Positions 17,575 through 27,938 of a stretch of 64,000 nucleotides of DNA are shown here, piece after piece. The notes under the pieces are model-generated. The model searched no databases, had not been told where the DNA came from, and saw nothing but the letters and a program-made list of their open reading frames with translations. The DNA is from Nitrososphaeria archaeon (GTDB lineage Archaea > Thermoproteota > Nitrososphaeria > JACIWG01), in assembly GCA_050011875.1 (NCBI GenBank), contig JBEKIG010000013.1:4928-68927 (forward strand). Reading direction: 5' to 3'. The position numbers and the translations under genes are program-made. How positions within the stretch are numbered: position 1 is the stretch's first letter; each line of letters starts with the position of its first letter.

Positions 17575-18501
17575 TTAATATCCGAGAATTAAAAGCCAAA
17601 CATTCAGATATATTCCCGCTAAAAGGGATGAAATAAGAAGCAAAGAGGCCATCTTATCTTTGTAAAAATTGTAGCGTTCGCAGAAGACGATCATAGGTAT
17701 TGCCAGCGGTGTACCGTGCATTATTACGATCGCAGTCACTTCTATCCTACTTAAATTGGCCAGAGTAGCGATTATCAAGGCTATAGTGGGCAGAAGGGCC
17801 ATTCTAAGAAGACTCAGTTTGAAGCCACTAGCAAGTTCTCTGAACTTTCTTCCATAAAAAAATACTCCAAGTAGGAAGGTGGCAACAGGAACGGTGGTTG
17901 CTCCTAACAAGTTTAAAGGATTCAATATGGGGACAGGAACCGTAATCCTCGAAACAGAAAGGATAATGCCAAAGAGGACTGAGACCACTACAGGGTTCTT
18001 TGAGAGACCCTTCAACACCCGCCTTGAGCTTTCAAGTTTGTCTGATCCCTGTATGTTATAGGATTCTAGGAAGGTCATGGTAACCGGAATTGCTAAAATG
18101 GAAATGGAGGCCGCTGAAAGCATGGCGAGGGATTCCGCCCCAGGGAAGGCGAAGTCCATGAACGGTATTCCAAAGAACAGTAAATTACCAAAGACGGTGC
18201 TCAGAACGAGAAGGTAGAAGGTTCCCCTAGAAAATTTAAACAGCATTCGTAGAAGGCTAAAAATTACTAATACAATTAATATGGGTATCACTCCGGCTAA
18301 TAGGAAGATGAAGTTCACTTGAGTGAAATTGATCTGAGAAAGATTGCTCACAAAAAAGGATGGAAGGGCAAAATAGAATACGAAGGACATAAGAACCCGT
18401 TCATCTCCTTCCTTCAGCAGGCCTCCCTTTCTTGATATGAAACCTAATCCTATTAGAATTAGAAATGGTATTGTAGTATTAAATGCTATGTCTAAATCCA
18501 T
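17575..18501 (-). CDS. AEC (auxin efflux carrier) family transporter
   Basis: 308 aa with about 10 TM helices. The N-terminus ...IPFLILIGLGFISRKGGLLKEGDERVL... is typical of the AEC family. Confidence 0.8.
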   Translation of the reverse strand: MDLDIAFNTTIPFLILIGLGFISRKGGLLKEGDERVLMSFVFYFALPSFFVSNLSQINFTQVNFIFLLAGVIPILIVLVIFSLLRMLFKFSRGTFYLLVLSTVFGNLLFFGIPFMDFAFPGAESLAMLSAASISILAIPVTMTFLESYNIQGSDKLESSRRVLKGLSKNPVVVSVLFGIILSVSRITVPVPILNPLNLLGATTVPVATFLLGVFFYGRKFRELASGFKLSLLRMALLPTIALIIATLANLSRIEVTAIVIMHGTPLAIPMIVFCERYNFYKDKMASLLLISSLLAGIYLNVWLLILGY

Positions 18502-18717
18502 CTATTTTTCATTGGATGAAGCATTAAATAACGACAATTTGAACCTTTCCAACACATTCATCTAATAGGTTTAGTGTAGGGGTGAGCTTTCAAATTTGAC
18601 TTTAAGCTTCAATTAAGTATAGTGCATCGACTTTCTAACAAGTTTAGCTTGTTTTGAAATGATTAATAACTACTATATAGCACTATCCATAACGAAAGAA
18701 AGAGAAGTAGTTAAAGG

Positions 18718-18837
18718 ATAAAAATTATCGACATCAAGGCATACATTGTTGGCACAGGGTGTGCAGTTAGTTGGGTGTTCGTGAAGCTTTTCACTGAGAA
18801 TCCTAAAATCTCGTTAGTGCCGTATAGAAAGATATAA
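18718..18837 (+). pseudogene. N-terminal relic of an enolase-superfamily sugar-acid dehydratase
   Basis: aaagga then ATA (not ATG), then KIIDIKAYIVGTGCAVSWVFVKLFTEN, then unrelated residues and a stop after 39 codons. The pattern MKI.dik.yiv....WvFVKl.Td is the N-terminus of DgoD/ManD-like dehydratases. Confidence 0.4.
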
Positions 18838-19135
18838 GAAAATTAATTTCAGCTGTCCATCAATAGAAATTATTGCTGATGTCCATTTTTTGCTGAGCAT
18901 TTCTTGAATGGTTTCTCTCAGACTCTCACTAATGATAAACTCTCTCTTCTTCAAGGTTCAATTATGCTCGCTTAATGGCCTCCTTATTGTTTTCACGACT
19001 ATCATTATGTAAACAAGCTGTGGTAAGTGAAAACTGCGTTTACTATCCCAAATTTAGCGAAGTGGTTTATAGATTTCCAAAAGTGTTTATAGTTGACTTT
19101 GATTGCGCATAAATGTTGCAACCAAGGTAGTCGCA

Positions 19136-20803
19136 ATGGATACACCTGACAGTAAACATTTAACATATCGGTTTAATGTTTCAATTAACAAAGATGTATT
19201 AGTATATGTTGTGTTTATTGTCCTCTTGATTCTAAATATTTGGGTGTTTCTGGAAGCTAACTACCTATCTTTTTTGCAAAAAAATCAACCCTACGACTTT
19301 TATAGCATATTAAGGGCTTCAAGTCAGGTCTGGACAAAACCAAATGATGTGTATGTCTTCTGGAATACGGTACAGTTACCTTCTTTCTGGCAGAAATGGT
19401 GTTGGTCCGGATCGGATTATGCATACACTCCGATGTTCGCTGCATTATTATCCCCTTTATCCGCACTGTTCCCTACAAGTGCAAAAATTATTTGGGAAGT
19501 CATTTCATTATTTGCCGTCACAATCGCTGGATTCATATCCTTAAAGATGTTTAAGGGCTTTAAAACTAGACTATTTTTTCTATTAATGATCTTCATAATG
19601 CCCTTCCAACTTCTCTATTTTGGACAGGCCATATCACAGTACCCTTTGTTACCGCAGAATTTGGCTATGACGATATCCCCTGTTTACTTTACAGAATATT
19701 TTTGGGGGGATACGAATGTCCTGATCCTTTTATTTGGACTTCTATCCATTTGGTGTTCAACTTTCAGTACGGTAAAGATCCCCTTTCTGGGAAAGATCAG
19801 GAATAACGAATGGCAGGTGCCTGGCTATGTCCTCAGTTCATTATTTCTGGCGTTAGGGTCATTCCAGGCAACGGTGTTGCTTTTTTATTTTCCCTTCTGG
19901 TTGCTATTAAACTGGTTTATATTAAACAGAAAAAATTTGATAAAGGCCATCGCATACTTTGCCGCTTTCGTGGTCATGCTTAACTTCATAATATTTATTC
20001 ACCCAACACTTTTTTCTGGTTATGCGAACAGTTTCACAGAACTGTTTAATTATTTAATCAATTACCGTTATGCAAACCTCTATTCTTTTGCCACTGCTTC
20101 AGGGCCTTCTTTGCAAGATTTCATCAGAAACAACATCTACAGTTATGTTTGGATATTCACCCTCCCTTTAGCAAGTATATTCACTCTATGGAATAACAGA
20201 AAGGGTGGAATACGGTTAAAGCCGTATAGCATCTTAGGGGCAACCCTTTTCTCAGCCGGCTTCGGGCTTTCGGCGTATATATTCACCGTTGTGCAGATAC
20301 TTAATTCTTATCCTTTCTACCCCTCTCTTTCCCCCGATATATTCGGGGGAGATCTAGTATCCAAAAGTTTACCTTTAACACTTACCCAAACATTAGAAGT
20401 CGGTGTTGTCTTGGCATCCGTCGGTCTTTTCATTTGGAAGGCTTCATCTTTGGGAAAGCTTAACGGTGGCGCCATCCTTTGCGCTTTTGGCTTCACATTG
20501 CTCGTCATAGGGGCTATGGGAGCAGCTATCGTTTACACTGAAATTCATCTCGTTTGGGGAGAACTTTGGCTCGGATTCACCGTATGGAAGTTTTGGTGGA
20601 GCCTCCCTGCTGGTGGTGGGGGTTGGCCTTGGGGTACGTGGCGTGTGGCTTATAACACCTGTTTTATCAAAGCCTGGAATTTTACTGAGGCAGATCCCAA
20701 CTGTATCTTTATGAATTACAATGATGTGCTGTACATTTCTATCCTGATGGTGATCATCGGTTTTATCCTCTTTAGGCACTATGCCCGAAATAGAAAAAGC
20801 TAG
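19136..20803 (+). CDS. large polytopic membrane protein, candidate GT-C (DUF2029/GT87-like) glycosyltransferase
   Basis: About 555 aa from the ATG at 19136 with 14 or more TM helices. The segment ...DYAYTPMFAALLSPLSAL resembles the Y.Y.P.fa.l..Pl motif of DUF2029-type GT-C enzymes. Confidence 0.5.
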   Translation: MDTPDSKHLTYRFNVSINKDVLVYVVFIVLLILNIWVFLEANYLSFLQKNQPYDFYSILRASSQVWTKPNDVYVFWNTVQLPSFWQKWCWSGSDYAYTPMFAALLSPLSALFPTSAKIIWEVISLFAVTIAGFISLKMFKGFKTRLFFLLMIFIMPFQLLYFGQAISQYPLLPQNLAMTISPVYFTEYFWGDTNVLILLFGLLSIWCSTFSTVKIPFLGKIRNNEWQVPGYVLSSLFLALGSFQATVLLFYFPFWLLLNWFILNRKNLIKAIAYFAAFVVMLNFIIFIHPTLFSGYANSFTELFNYLINYRYANLYSFATASGPSLQDFIRNNIYSYVWIFTLPLASIFTLWNNRKGGIRLKPYSILGATLFSAGFGLSAYIFTVVQILNSYPFYPSLSPDIFGGDLVSKSLPLTLTQTLEVGVVLASVGLFIWKASSLGKLNGGAILCAFGFTLLVIGAMGAAIVYTEIHLVWGELWLGFTVWKFWWSLPAGGGGWPWGTWRVAYNTCFIKAWNFTEADPNCIFMNYNDVLYISILMVIIGFILFRHYARNRKS

Positions 20804-21266
20804 AAATCAACTAGCCCGCTATATTCTTTTTTACGCTCTTCTCTAAGTGTATGAAGGAAGATAACGCCCAGGAAGGAAGTTATCAAGATGATTTCTATTA
20901 ATGGAGCCATTCAACATCACTTCTTGTGTATTTGAATATGTTGTAATTTATTAAAAGGTTTTTCAGAATTATACCAAAATGTACTCCTAATGTTAGACAA
21001 ATTATATCTGGTCAAATTACATGGAATGAATAAACAATCTACCATACGTCAAAGAATGAAAAAGGAAAAAATTATCTTTTTAAATCTTCCTTCAAAAACA
21101 TAGACACCTTAAATCCCTTTTTCTTCATTCCGACAGGACAGCTTGGGTTTGTTTGAAAGAGCAAAAGCATCTAAGACGTCTTTAACACTTTTTCCACTGA
21201 ACTACCAGTGCCGAAAATAATTGTCATTGTTATGGTTGCTCTTGCTTATACTGATTATTTTAGCTA

Positions 21267-22313
21267 TTATTTAACGATGTGAGGGTATATACCATATTTT
21301 CTTGTGGCGTCGATCATCGCTTTGAAGTTGTCAACTTTAACTGCGTTGTGGATTGAGTTACTGGAGCTGAGTATATATCCGCCACCACTCGCTGCTTCAC
21401 CTATACATCTTTTAACTTCGTTAACTGTTTCCTCGATTGTGCCAAATGGGAGCACATTAGTAACATCCACATTACCGATTATGCATATGACTTCACCATA
21501 TTTGTCTTTGACATCTTTAAGGCTCATATTTGCTCGGGGCTCTATTGGATGTAAAGCATCTATTCCTGTACCAATCAAGTCTTCCAAGATAGGGTAAATG
21601 TAACCGTCTGTATGTTTGATGAAAGGTATTCCTTTTTTATGTACAGCATCGACAATTTTTTTCAAACCGGGTGCTATTAATTCTCTAAAGTGTTTAGGTG
21701 CCATCATTGGCCCTTGCTTATAGGCATAGTCATCGCCTGATATTATCGCATCTACTCCAATATCAATCATTGCTTTAGCTAATTCTATATTAAAATTTAC
21801 AGCAGCGTCTATTAGTTTTTTTACAAAGCTCGGATTCCTGTACAAGTCTATAAGAAAATTACTTACACCCCTCATTTGTGAAGGGATTTCATAGCCATCA
21901 TGAATGCCACCAACAACCGCAAGTTGATCCTTATTGTTACTTATCACTTGGTGCAGTCTATCCAGCCGACTATAATCATATGGATTAGGTGGAGAAAATT
22001 TTTCAAAATCTTCGATAGAATTTATTGTACCATTAATGTAATAAGTAACATCGTTTGTACTAGTTTTCCAAATTCTAGCCCAATCATCGATGAAGCTTTT
22101 AGCATCAAGATACTTTACGGGTACAGGAACATCCCAAAAGTTTATTCCATCTAACCCAAATTTGCTGTAAACTTCATAAAAGTCCATAGCACCATTAGGA
22201 TTTCTACCAAGTATTTCTTTTACCACAGGTTTGTTTATTTCAATTTCAAAAAGAGGAACAATATCCGGCTCCTCTCCGTATAGTGCTTCAAGCAATCTTT
22301 CGCGAGGAGTCAT
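21267..22313 (-). CDS. uroporphyrinogen decarboxylase (URO-D) family protein (MtaA/CmuA-like fold)
   Basis: 348 aa. The N-terminus MTPRERLLEALYGEEPDIVP, overall length and the later ...IISGDDYAYKQGPMMAP... fit URO-D family proteins. Confidence 0.75.
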   Translation of the reverse strand: MTPRERLLEALYGEEPDIVPLFEIEINKPVVKEILGRNPNGAMDFYEVYSKFGLDGINFWDVPVPVKYLDAKSFIDDWARIWKTSTNDVTYYINGTINSIEDFEKFSPPNPYDYSRLDRLHQVISNNKDQLAVVGGIHDGYEIPSQMRGVSNFLIDLYRNPSFVKKLIDAAVNFNIELAKAMIDIGVDAIISGDDYAYKQGPMMAPKHFRELIAPGLKKIVDAVHKKGIPFIKHTDGYIYPILEDLIGTGIDALHPIEPRANMSLKDVKDKYGEVICIIGNVDVTNVLPFGTIEETVNEVKRCIGEAASGGGYILSSSNSIHNAVKVDNFKAMIDATRKYGIYPHIVK

Positions 22314-22382
22314 TTAACTAATCAGCTCCAAAATATAAAAAATTTTCCATTCTGCAATTCAGCTCCGATTCACAAATGATCT

Positions 22383-22694
22383 TTACCAATATGTTGTAAT
22401 GGTAGGTTTTTCTAGGAGAATTGCTTTGGTTTCATTTGGTTCAAGTGTTTTTCGGGTACTTATTTTGTAGTGCCAGTCAAAACAGCACCATCTGAGGAGT
22501 TTGATTTGCTTTCCTTTTACTTTCATAGGTAAAATCTTTTTTGGTGTTCTTTTTGAAAATCCAATTAATTCTACGGTTATGATACATTTCTTCCAAAGGT
22601 TTCCTTGTTCATCCTTCTTCTTTTCGTCTGTCTTTTCAATGTTTGTAACCCTTCCTTGCAGTCTCTCTTGTCTTCCTTTTACTTTTTTTGACAT
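22383..22694 (-). CDS. hypothetical basic protein
   Basis: 103-aa Lys-rich ORF in a very AT-rich stretch. No family recognised. Confidence 0.35.
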   Translation of the reverse strand: MSKKVKGRQERLQGRVTNIEKTDEKKKDEQGNLWKKCIITVELIGFSKRTPKKILPMKVKGKQIKLLRWCCFDWHYKISTRKTLEPNETKAILLEKPTITTYW

Positions 22695-22897
22695 TATTTT
22701 CTAAAGTAAACTAGCGTATTCTTCTATTTATTTCTTTACCCTTATGGGTTCAAATTTTATTAATATGACCTTCTCAAAACGCTATTCGTGATTGGCCTGA
22801 AAGTAATTTTGTTTTAGGTGATTTTACGGAAATAAACAAGCGTCATTAGGTACGTATTCCTATTTCAATCTTGTCAAAAGATAGGAGTTGATGACAC

Positions 22898-23704
22898 TCA
22901 GCCAAGTCCAGCAACGTAAGACTTGACAGAACCCCCATACATGTAAAATCCTTTATATGGTATGATAACTGGTTTTATATCCGGGTTTCTTTCCAATAAT
23001 CGGACGAATTCTTTGGGGTCTATTGTTCTATCGGCAAAGCAGTCGTAATGGCATGGGATGACGATCTTTGGTTTTATGAATTTGGTAACCATATATGCAT
23101 CTTCGGGGATTCTTCCCTTTACATCACCTATTATTGGTACTATTGCGATATCCGGGGACGCCTCCTTTATAGGATTCAGAAGTACTTCAGGTTCTTTCGC
23201 TATTTCTCTATCGGAGTCTCCCATACTGTATACCTTTGAATTCTTAATTTGGAATAGATAACCAAAATGTGTCGTATCCGCTTTCTCAGGAGGAATAGAG
23301 TAGTATGCTGTCGCTGTAAAATCTTCTGCGATATAGGGGCGATTAACTTCGAGTGCTATCAAGCGGTCTCTGTTGATACCCAAATCTGCAAGATGTTCGC
23401 AAGACTCACGAGGACCTAAAAATATTGTTTCTAAATGATTTTTGGCAATTATTGGTAGGGCTTTAGGGTCCGTATGATCTCCATGATCATGGGTGCAAAA
23501 TATGTAATCGACTTTTAAATCTTCAGGTTCTACTGGTGGCTTGGAATGAACATAACTGTGTCCTTTATCCCTTGAGAGATATGGGTCAATCGCGATACTT
23601 GTTCTAGGGGTTATCTTAATTACGTATGAGTTTTGGCCTAACCAGAATATGGCAAACTGATTACTTTCAAGTTTCAAGCTTTTAATTCTATCTATTATAC
23701 TCAT
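22898..23704 (-). CDS. MBL-fold metallo-hydrolase (UlaG/COG2220-like; possible sugar lactonase)
   Basis: HxHxDH motif within CTHDHGDHTD. 268 aa, with an N-terminal ...FAIFWLGQNSYVIK... beta-lactamase-fold start. Confidence 0.8.
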   Translation of the reverse strand: MSIIDRIKSLKLESNQFAIFWLGQNSYVIKITPRTSIAIDPYLSRDKGHSYVHSKPPVEPEDLKVDYIFCTHDHGDHTDPKALPIIAKNHLETIFLGPRESCEHLADLGINRDRLIALEVNRPYIAEDFTATAYYSIPPEKADTTHFGYLFQIKNSKVYSMGDSDREIAKEPEVLLNPIKEASPDIAIVPIIGDVKGRIPEDAYMVTKFIKPKIVIPCHYDCFADRTIDPKEFVRLLERNPDIKPVIIPYKGFYMYGGSVKSYVAGLG

Positions 23705-23889
23705 ACCACATATCTTATGGAAATGCTATAAAAGTTATTATACGGATATTTCTATATATTATTAACTTCAAAGAGTAAAATTGAAAAAAGCTCTTTTATG
23801 CTCTCAAATCGTCTTGATGCTTTTAACACTATGTGCTGGTGTTGGAAAGGCTGAGGTCAAAGCAGGTGACCAGAGACTGTTGGGAAGGC

Positions 23890-24516
23890 TCACATATATT
23901 CGCAAATAGAGCATAAAGGAACGATTACTTCAACATTCCCGTCAACAGTTATTTCGTTTGGTTTATCAAGAGTTATTTTATATTCTCCTAATTTACAAAA
24001 ATGATTTTCAAATGCTTCTAAAATATTTTTATTTGAAATTTGCTGATTCAAATCTTCCCTCAATTTTATGATTTCAGCATTTTCTGTCTCACTTGATTTG
24101 TTTTTTTCCAAATATTCTCTAACATTTGATAATGTTAATTCAATGTTGTCAGACCTAAGGATAACTCGAGGGATACGATAAATGCGATTAATGTCTTCTT
24201 TATTTTTTTCAGCATATGATAAAAGAAAATCTAAATGGGGTATTAATCCGTAATATTCCATAGGGTCGTGTTTTAGAGTATCATAACCAAGAACTAGGTA
24301 AGGGTTTCCTTCTGTTTCTTTCAGAACATTCTCAATGTAGTTTTTATAGTTATCAACTTCATGATTTAATTGGTCCTGTGTTTCTTTGATTTTAGTCGTT
24401 AATTCATTTATTATGTCATCGTATATTTTTTTTAGCTCTTCTTCTTTTCTTCCGCAAACATAACATTTATAATCGTTTTTAATATGGATTGCAACAACTT
24501 TTTCTACCATATCCAA
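23890..24516 (-). CDS. hypothetical coiled-coil protein with CxxC pairs at both termini
   Basis: 208 aa from extremely AT-rich sequence. CYVCG lies near the N-terminus and CSICEYM at the very C-terminus. The middle is heptad-like and rich in E, K and N. Confidence 0.5.
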   Translation of the reverse strand: MDMVEKVVAIHIKNDYKCYVCGRKEEELKKIYDDIINELTTKIKETQDQLNHEVDNYKNYIENVLKETEGNPYLVLGYDTLKHDPMEYYGLIPHLDFLLSYAEKNKEDINRIYRIPRVILRSDNIELTLSNVREYLEKNKSSETENAEIIKLREDLNQQISNKNILEAFENHFCKLGEYKITLDKPNEITVDGNVEVIVPLCSICEYM

Positions 24517-24722
24517 ACGCTATCTGTGGATACTAATTTAACTGACTAATATTTAATCTTTCAATCAATTACGCCAGATGTAAGTGATTCAGTCACATTA
24601 AAATAATTTTAAAATAATAAATCTGTCTGTGCGCGACGATATAAAACAATTTATATCTTGGAGTGTTCAAAATCTTCTTGGTTTAGGAGGTCTGAATTAC
24701 GTCTAAAGAAAGCCAGAAATCC

Positions 24723-25913
24723 GTGTACAAATTGATATTGCGAAGAACAGGGGTTCATCCATTTCTTATATCTTCTGCGCCTGGTAGAGCCGACTTCCTT
24801 AACACCCATCAGGATTACAAAGGATTGCCAGTTGTTCCTATAGGCGTTAACCTAAGAACCTACATGCTTGCAACACGTATACTTCCGAGAAGGTTTAGGA
24901 TAATCAGCTTGGATTTAGAAGGGCAGAGAACAAATTATGTAGATGAATTTGATTTAAATGGTCTAGTTTTGGAGCGTGGCGCATGGTTCGGAAATTATTT
25001 AAGGGGCGTCCTCATGGCTTTACAAGCCTTCACAGGAAAAACATTTGACGATGGCCTAGAAGTACTGATTAAAAGCGATGTTCCAATCGCAGGTGGTTTA
25101 GCAAGTAGTGCAGCACTCGAAGTGGCTTTTGCCACACTCTTGAACAGCTATTATGATCTTAGGCTATCATGTAAAGATCTAGCGGAACAATGCTTTATCT
25201 CAGAAAACAGGATTCTAGGCATCCCCTGCGGCCGTCTCGACCAATACGGTTCCTCTTACGGTAAGGCGATTTTGTTGAAAACTAGGCCTCCCGTTGATGT
25301 AGAACTCTTACCTCTTGAAGACATAGATATCGTAACAGCAGATTCGGGCATAAGACATAGTACAGCAGATATACATCCTAGAAGACAAGAAGATATCAAT
25401 AGAGGCCTAAAAAAATTGATGGACTCCCCAGATGTCCCAGGTATACTTAAGGAAAGACTTGGCTACAGATTTGATGAACCCAAATGGGAAGGCATAAATG
25501 AACAGGAGGTAGCCCCCTATCTTAAGCAATTGGATAAAACGGCTGCTAATCGAATACTTTACACACTTCGAGCACATGCTTCCACCATGCAAGCGCTTAA
25601 GCTGATAAAATCAGGGCAGGTTAAAACAGAACTCGAAAAAATGGGAGAGATAATGAATGAGCAGCACATAATGATGAGAGACATGTATGACTTAAGTCTG
25701 CCGCAGTTAGAAGGGATAAGGAATGCAATGATCAAAGATGGAGCATTTGGCGTGAAGATCAGTGGTGCAGGTCTTGGAGGCTGCCTTATAGGTTTAGTTA
25801 AAGACCCTTATTCAGGTGATAAAGTATTGAAAGCAGCATTAAAGGCAGGAGCTCTAAGAGGCTGGGTTCTCAAGGTAGACAGAGGTGCAGTCATAGAAAG
25901 TCAAGGTGGGTAG
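24723..25913 (+). CDS. galK: galactokinase (GHMP kinase)
   Basis: APGRADFLNTHQDYKG (the GalK signature region) and the GHMP motif PIAGGLASSAALEVA. The start codon is GTG or TTG and is uncertain. Confidence 0.85.
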   Translation: MYKLILRRTGVHPFLISSAPGRADFLNTHQDYKGLPVVPIGVNLRTYMLATRILPRRFRIISLDLEGQRTNYVDEFDLNGLVLERGAWFGNYLRGVLMALQAFTGKTFDDGLEVLIKSDVPIAGGLASSAALEVAFATLLNSYYDLRLSCKDLAEQCFISENRILGIPCGRLDQYGSSYGKAILLKTRPPVDVELLPLEDIDIVTADSGIRHSTADIHPRRQEDINRGLKKLMDSPDVPGILKERLGYRFDEPKWEGINEQEVAPYLKQLDKTAANRILYTLRAHASTMQALKLIKSGQVKTELEKMGEIMNEQHIMMRDMYDLSLPQLEGIRNAMIKDGAFGVKISGAGLGGCLIGLVKDPYSGDKVLKAALKAGALRGWVLKVDRGAVIESQGG

Positions 25914-26925
25914 CTTGAGCAACGAGCTTAGATGGAATCCATTATTAGGTACATGGATAATAGTTTCAAGTAAGAGAAAAGTTAGACCTTGGAGAGAAGA
26001 AACGTGCCCATTTTGCCCAGGGGGCCCAGAAATAAAAGGCAACTGGGATATCAAAGTACTCGATAACCTCTTTCCGGCTTTAAAAAAAGATGCCCAACCC
26101 TCCATAGGCACCAAAGACGTTTACAGGGTAAAACCCGCATATGGCTACTGTAAGGTGATTGTCGAAACACCTGAGCACGTAGGTGACCTCGACACCATCC
26201 CGTTTGACAATTTAGTTAAGGTAATCAAAGCTTTCCGTGAAGAAACAGTAAAACTGTGTGACGATAGGAGGATCAGGTACGTTTATCCCTTTCGAAATAA
26301 GGGTGAACGTATAGGAGTGTCGCTGACACATCCTCATTCACAAATATACGCGTTATCATTTGTACCTTTCAGGATCAGGAATGAACTGAACAATGCTAGG
26401 AGATTCTACAAGAAGAATGGAGAATGTATGTTTTGCCATATACTGAAACTTGAAGAATCAGAGGGAAAGCGTCTACTATATTTCAATAGATCTTTCACAT
26501 TGTTTATGCCTTTCTTTGTGATGTGGCCCTACGAAACTCACATATACACAAACAGACATGTACCCGGATTATCTGATCTGACAGACGATGAAATAGTGGA
26601 CTTGGCTGATATCATCAAAGTAGCAGTAGCGATGTACAATTCTCTCTTTGACTTTGATCTCCCCTACATTATGGCAGTACATCAAGCACCATGCAAAGAC
26701 AACCATCAGCTCTATCACTTACACATAGAATTCTATCCTATACACCTATCCAAAGACAAAACGAAATACGCTGCTGGCATAGAATGGGGTGCTGGAGCTT
26801 TCACATATGACGACCTTCCAGAAGAGAAAGTGAATGAACTGAAAACAGCTCTTAAGAAAGCAACTGACAGACTAAGCAGTAACAGTTACCTAACGAAGGG
26901 GAAACCTGCCTATTCTTATTATTAA
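25906..26925 (+). CDS. galT: galactose-1-phosphate uridylyltransferase
   Basis: RWNPLLGTWIIVSSKR..., a CPFCPG zinc site and the active-site HPHSQIY (His-Pro-His). It overlaps the end of galK by 8 nt. Confidence 0.85.
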   Translation: MGSLSNELRWNPLLGTWIIVSSKRKVRPWREETCPFCPGGPEIKGNWDIKVLDNLFPALKKDAQPSIGTKDVYRVKPAYGYCKVIVETPEHVGDLDTIPFDNLVKVIKAFREETVKLCDDRRIRYVYPFRNKGERIGVSLTHPHSQIYALSFVPFRIRNELNNARRFYKKNGECMFCHILKLEESEGKRLLYFNRSFTLFMPFFVMWPYETHIYTNRHVPGLSDLTDDEIVDLADIIKVAVAMYNSLFDFDLPYIMAVHQAPCKDNHQLYHLHIEFYPIHLSKDKTKYAAGIEWGAGAFTYDDLPEEKVNELKTALKKATDRLSSNSYLTKGKPAYSYY

Positions 26926-26992
26926 TAATATTACCACATTAGGATGGTTGGGATGATAATAAAATTGAAACCGTGCTTAAGGGATGAAATAC

Positions 26993-27484
26993 TCAGCCTT
27001 TGCTTTCATTTATCAATCGCTCTATGTTGTTTGCAAATTCTTCAGTAAGAGATTTCAAGTCTGATTCCTTAGCTATAAAGAAGAAGCAACAGGTTTTCTT
27101 TCCTGAACTATTTTGGTAACGTACATTTAAGTAGTAAAATCTTTGCGCTTTAGGAAATCCAAACAAACTGTTAGGTGCAAAGCCGCTGACCATTACAGCA
27201 TCTCTCACTTGCCCTATCGGAATCTCAAAGCTACCCTCGTTCTTCAAACCCTCTTCTATCCTGTTTGAGAAGTCTCCAGCATTTACCCATACCTGACTTC
27301 CTAGGAACTTCCTAGTAACTTCCTCCGGATATTTTATGTACACGAGTCTCCGATTTGTTAGGATCAGTTGACCTCTTGATGACGGCGTATCCATACCAGA
27401 GAGCTGCTCCTTCTCGTAGAATGAGGTCACAACTTTTTGCACAAAATTCTCGGACAAGGAGCTCAAAACTATTAGGTCAGGCAT
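26993..27484 (-). CDS. hypothetical protein (possible PH-like domain)
   Basis: 163-aa ORF. ...GQLILTNRRLVYIKYP... resembles bacterial PH/GRAM-like domains. Weak family call. Confidence 0.45.
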   Translation of the reverse strand: MPDLIVLSSLSENFVQKVVTSFYEKEQLSGMDTPSSRGQLILTNRRLVYIKYPEEVTRKFLGSQVWVNAGDFSNRIEEGLKNEGSFEIPIGQVRDAVMVSGFAPNSLFGFPKAQRFYYLNVRYQNSSGKKTCCFFFIAKESDLKSLTEEFANNIERLINESKG

Positions 27485-27938
27485 AATTATAAATTTATCT
27501 ATCCACGGTTCTCTTAGGCCTTCGGTTGACTGATAAGGGTGTCAACGTTCTTTAATCCATTCTTAACCTCCTCTGCCTTTGTCTTCTCCCTTCATCTTTC
27601 CATTCTAGAAATTCTTCTATCGTCATAAACAACCATTCAAGTTCCTTAAGCAATTTAAGACCGCTCAAGACATAGTAGAACTTCTCAAATCCTCCTTTTC
27701 TAAGTATTTCGAATATTACGCTGCTGTTAAGTTTTTCAAAATGGGATAATGTCTAGAAGAGTTTTATTCTATCATTGTTTTTGTGATTTGGGAAAATCGA
27801 TGCGCACCCATGTCATGTAATCTAAAGGCAGCTGAGTGGACACTGAAGGCAGATCCCTTTTGTAAATCTGGAACCGGATCGATGGCATAGGTTCTAGTGA
27901 CCTCCCGGAAGATTAATAAATTAATTAATTGCTAGCAA

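Noticed and set aside
27541-27740. Minus-strand open frame ...EILRKGGFEKFYYVLSGLKLLKELEWLFMTIEEFLEWKDEGRRQRQRRLRMD
   Set aside because: There is no start codon before the last third, it is under 60 aa, and it has no recognisable family.
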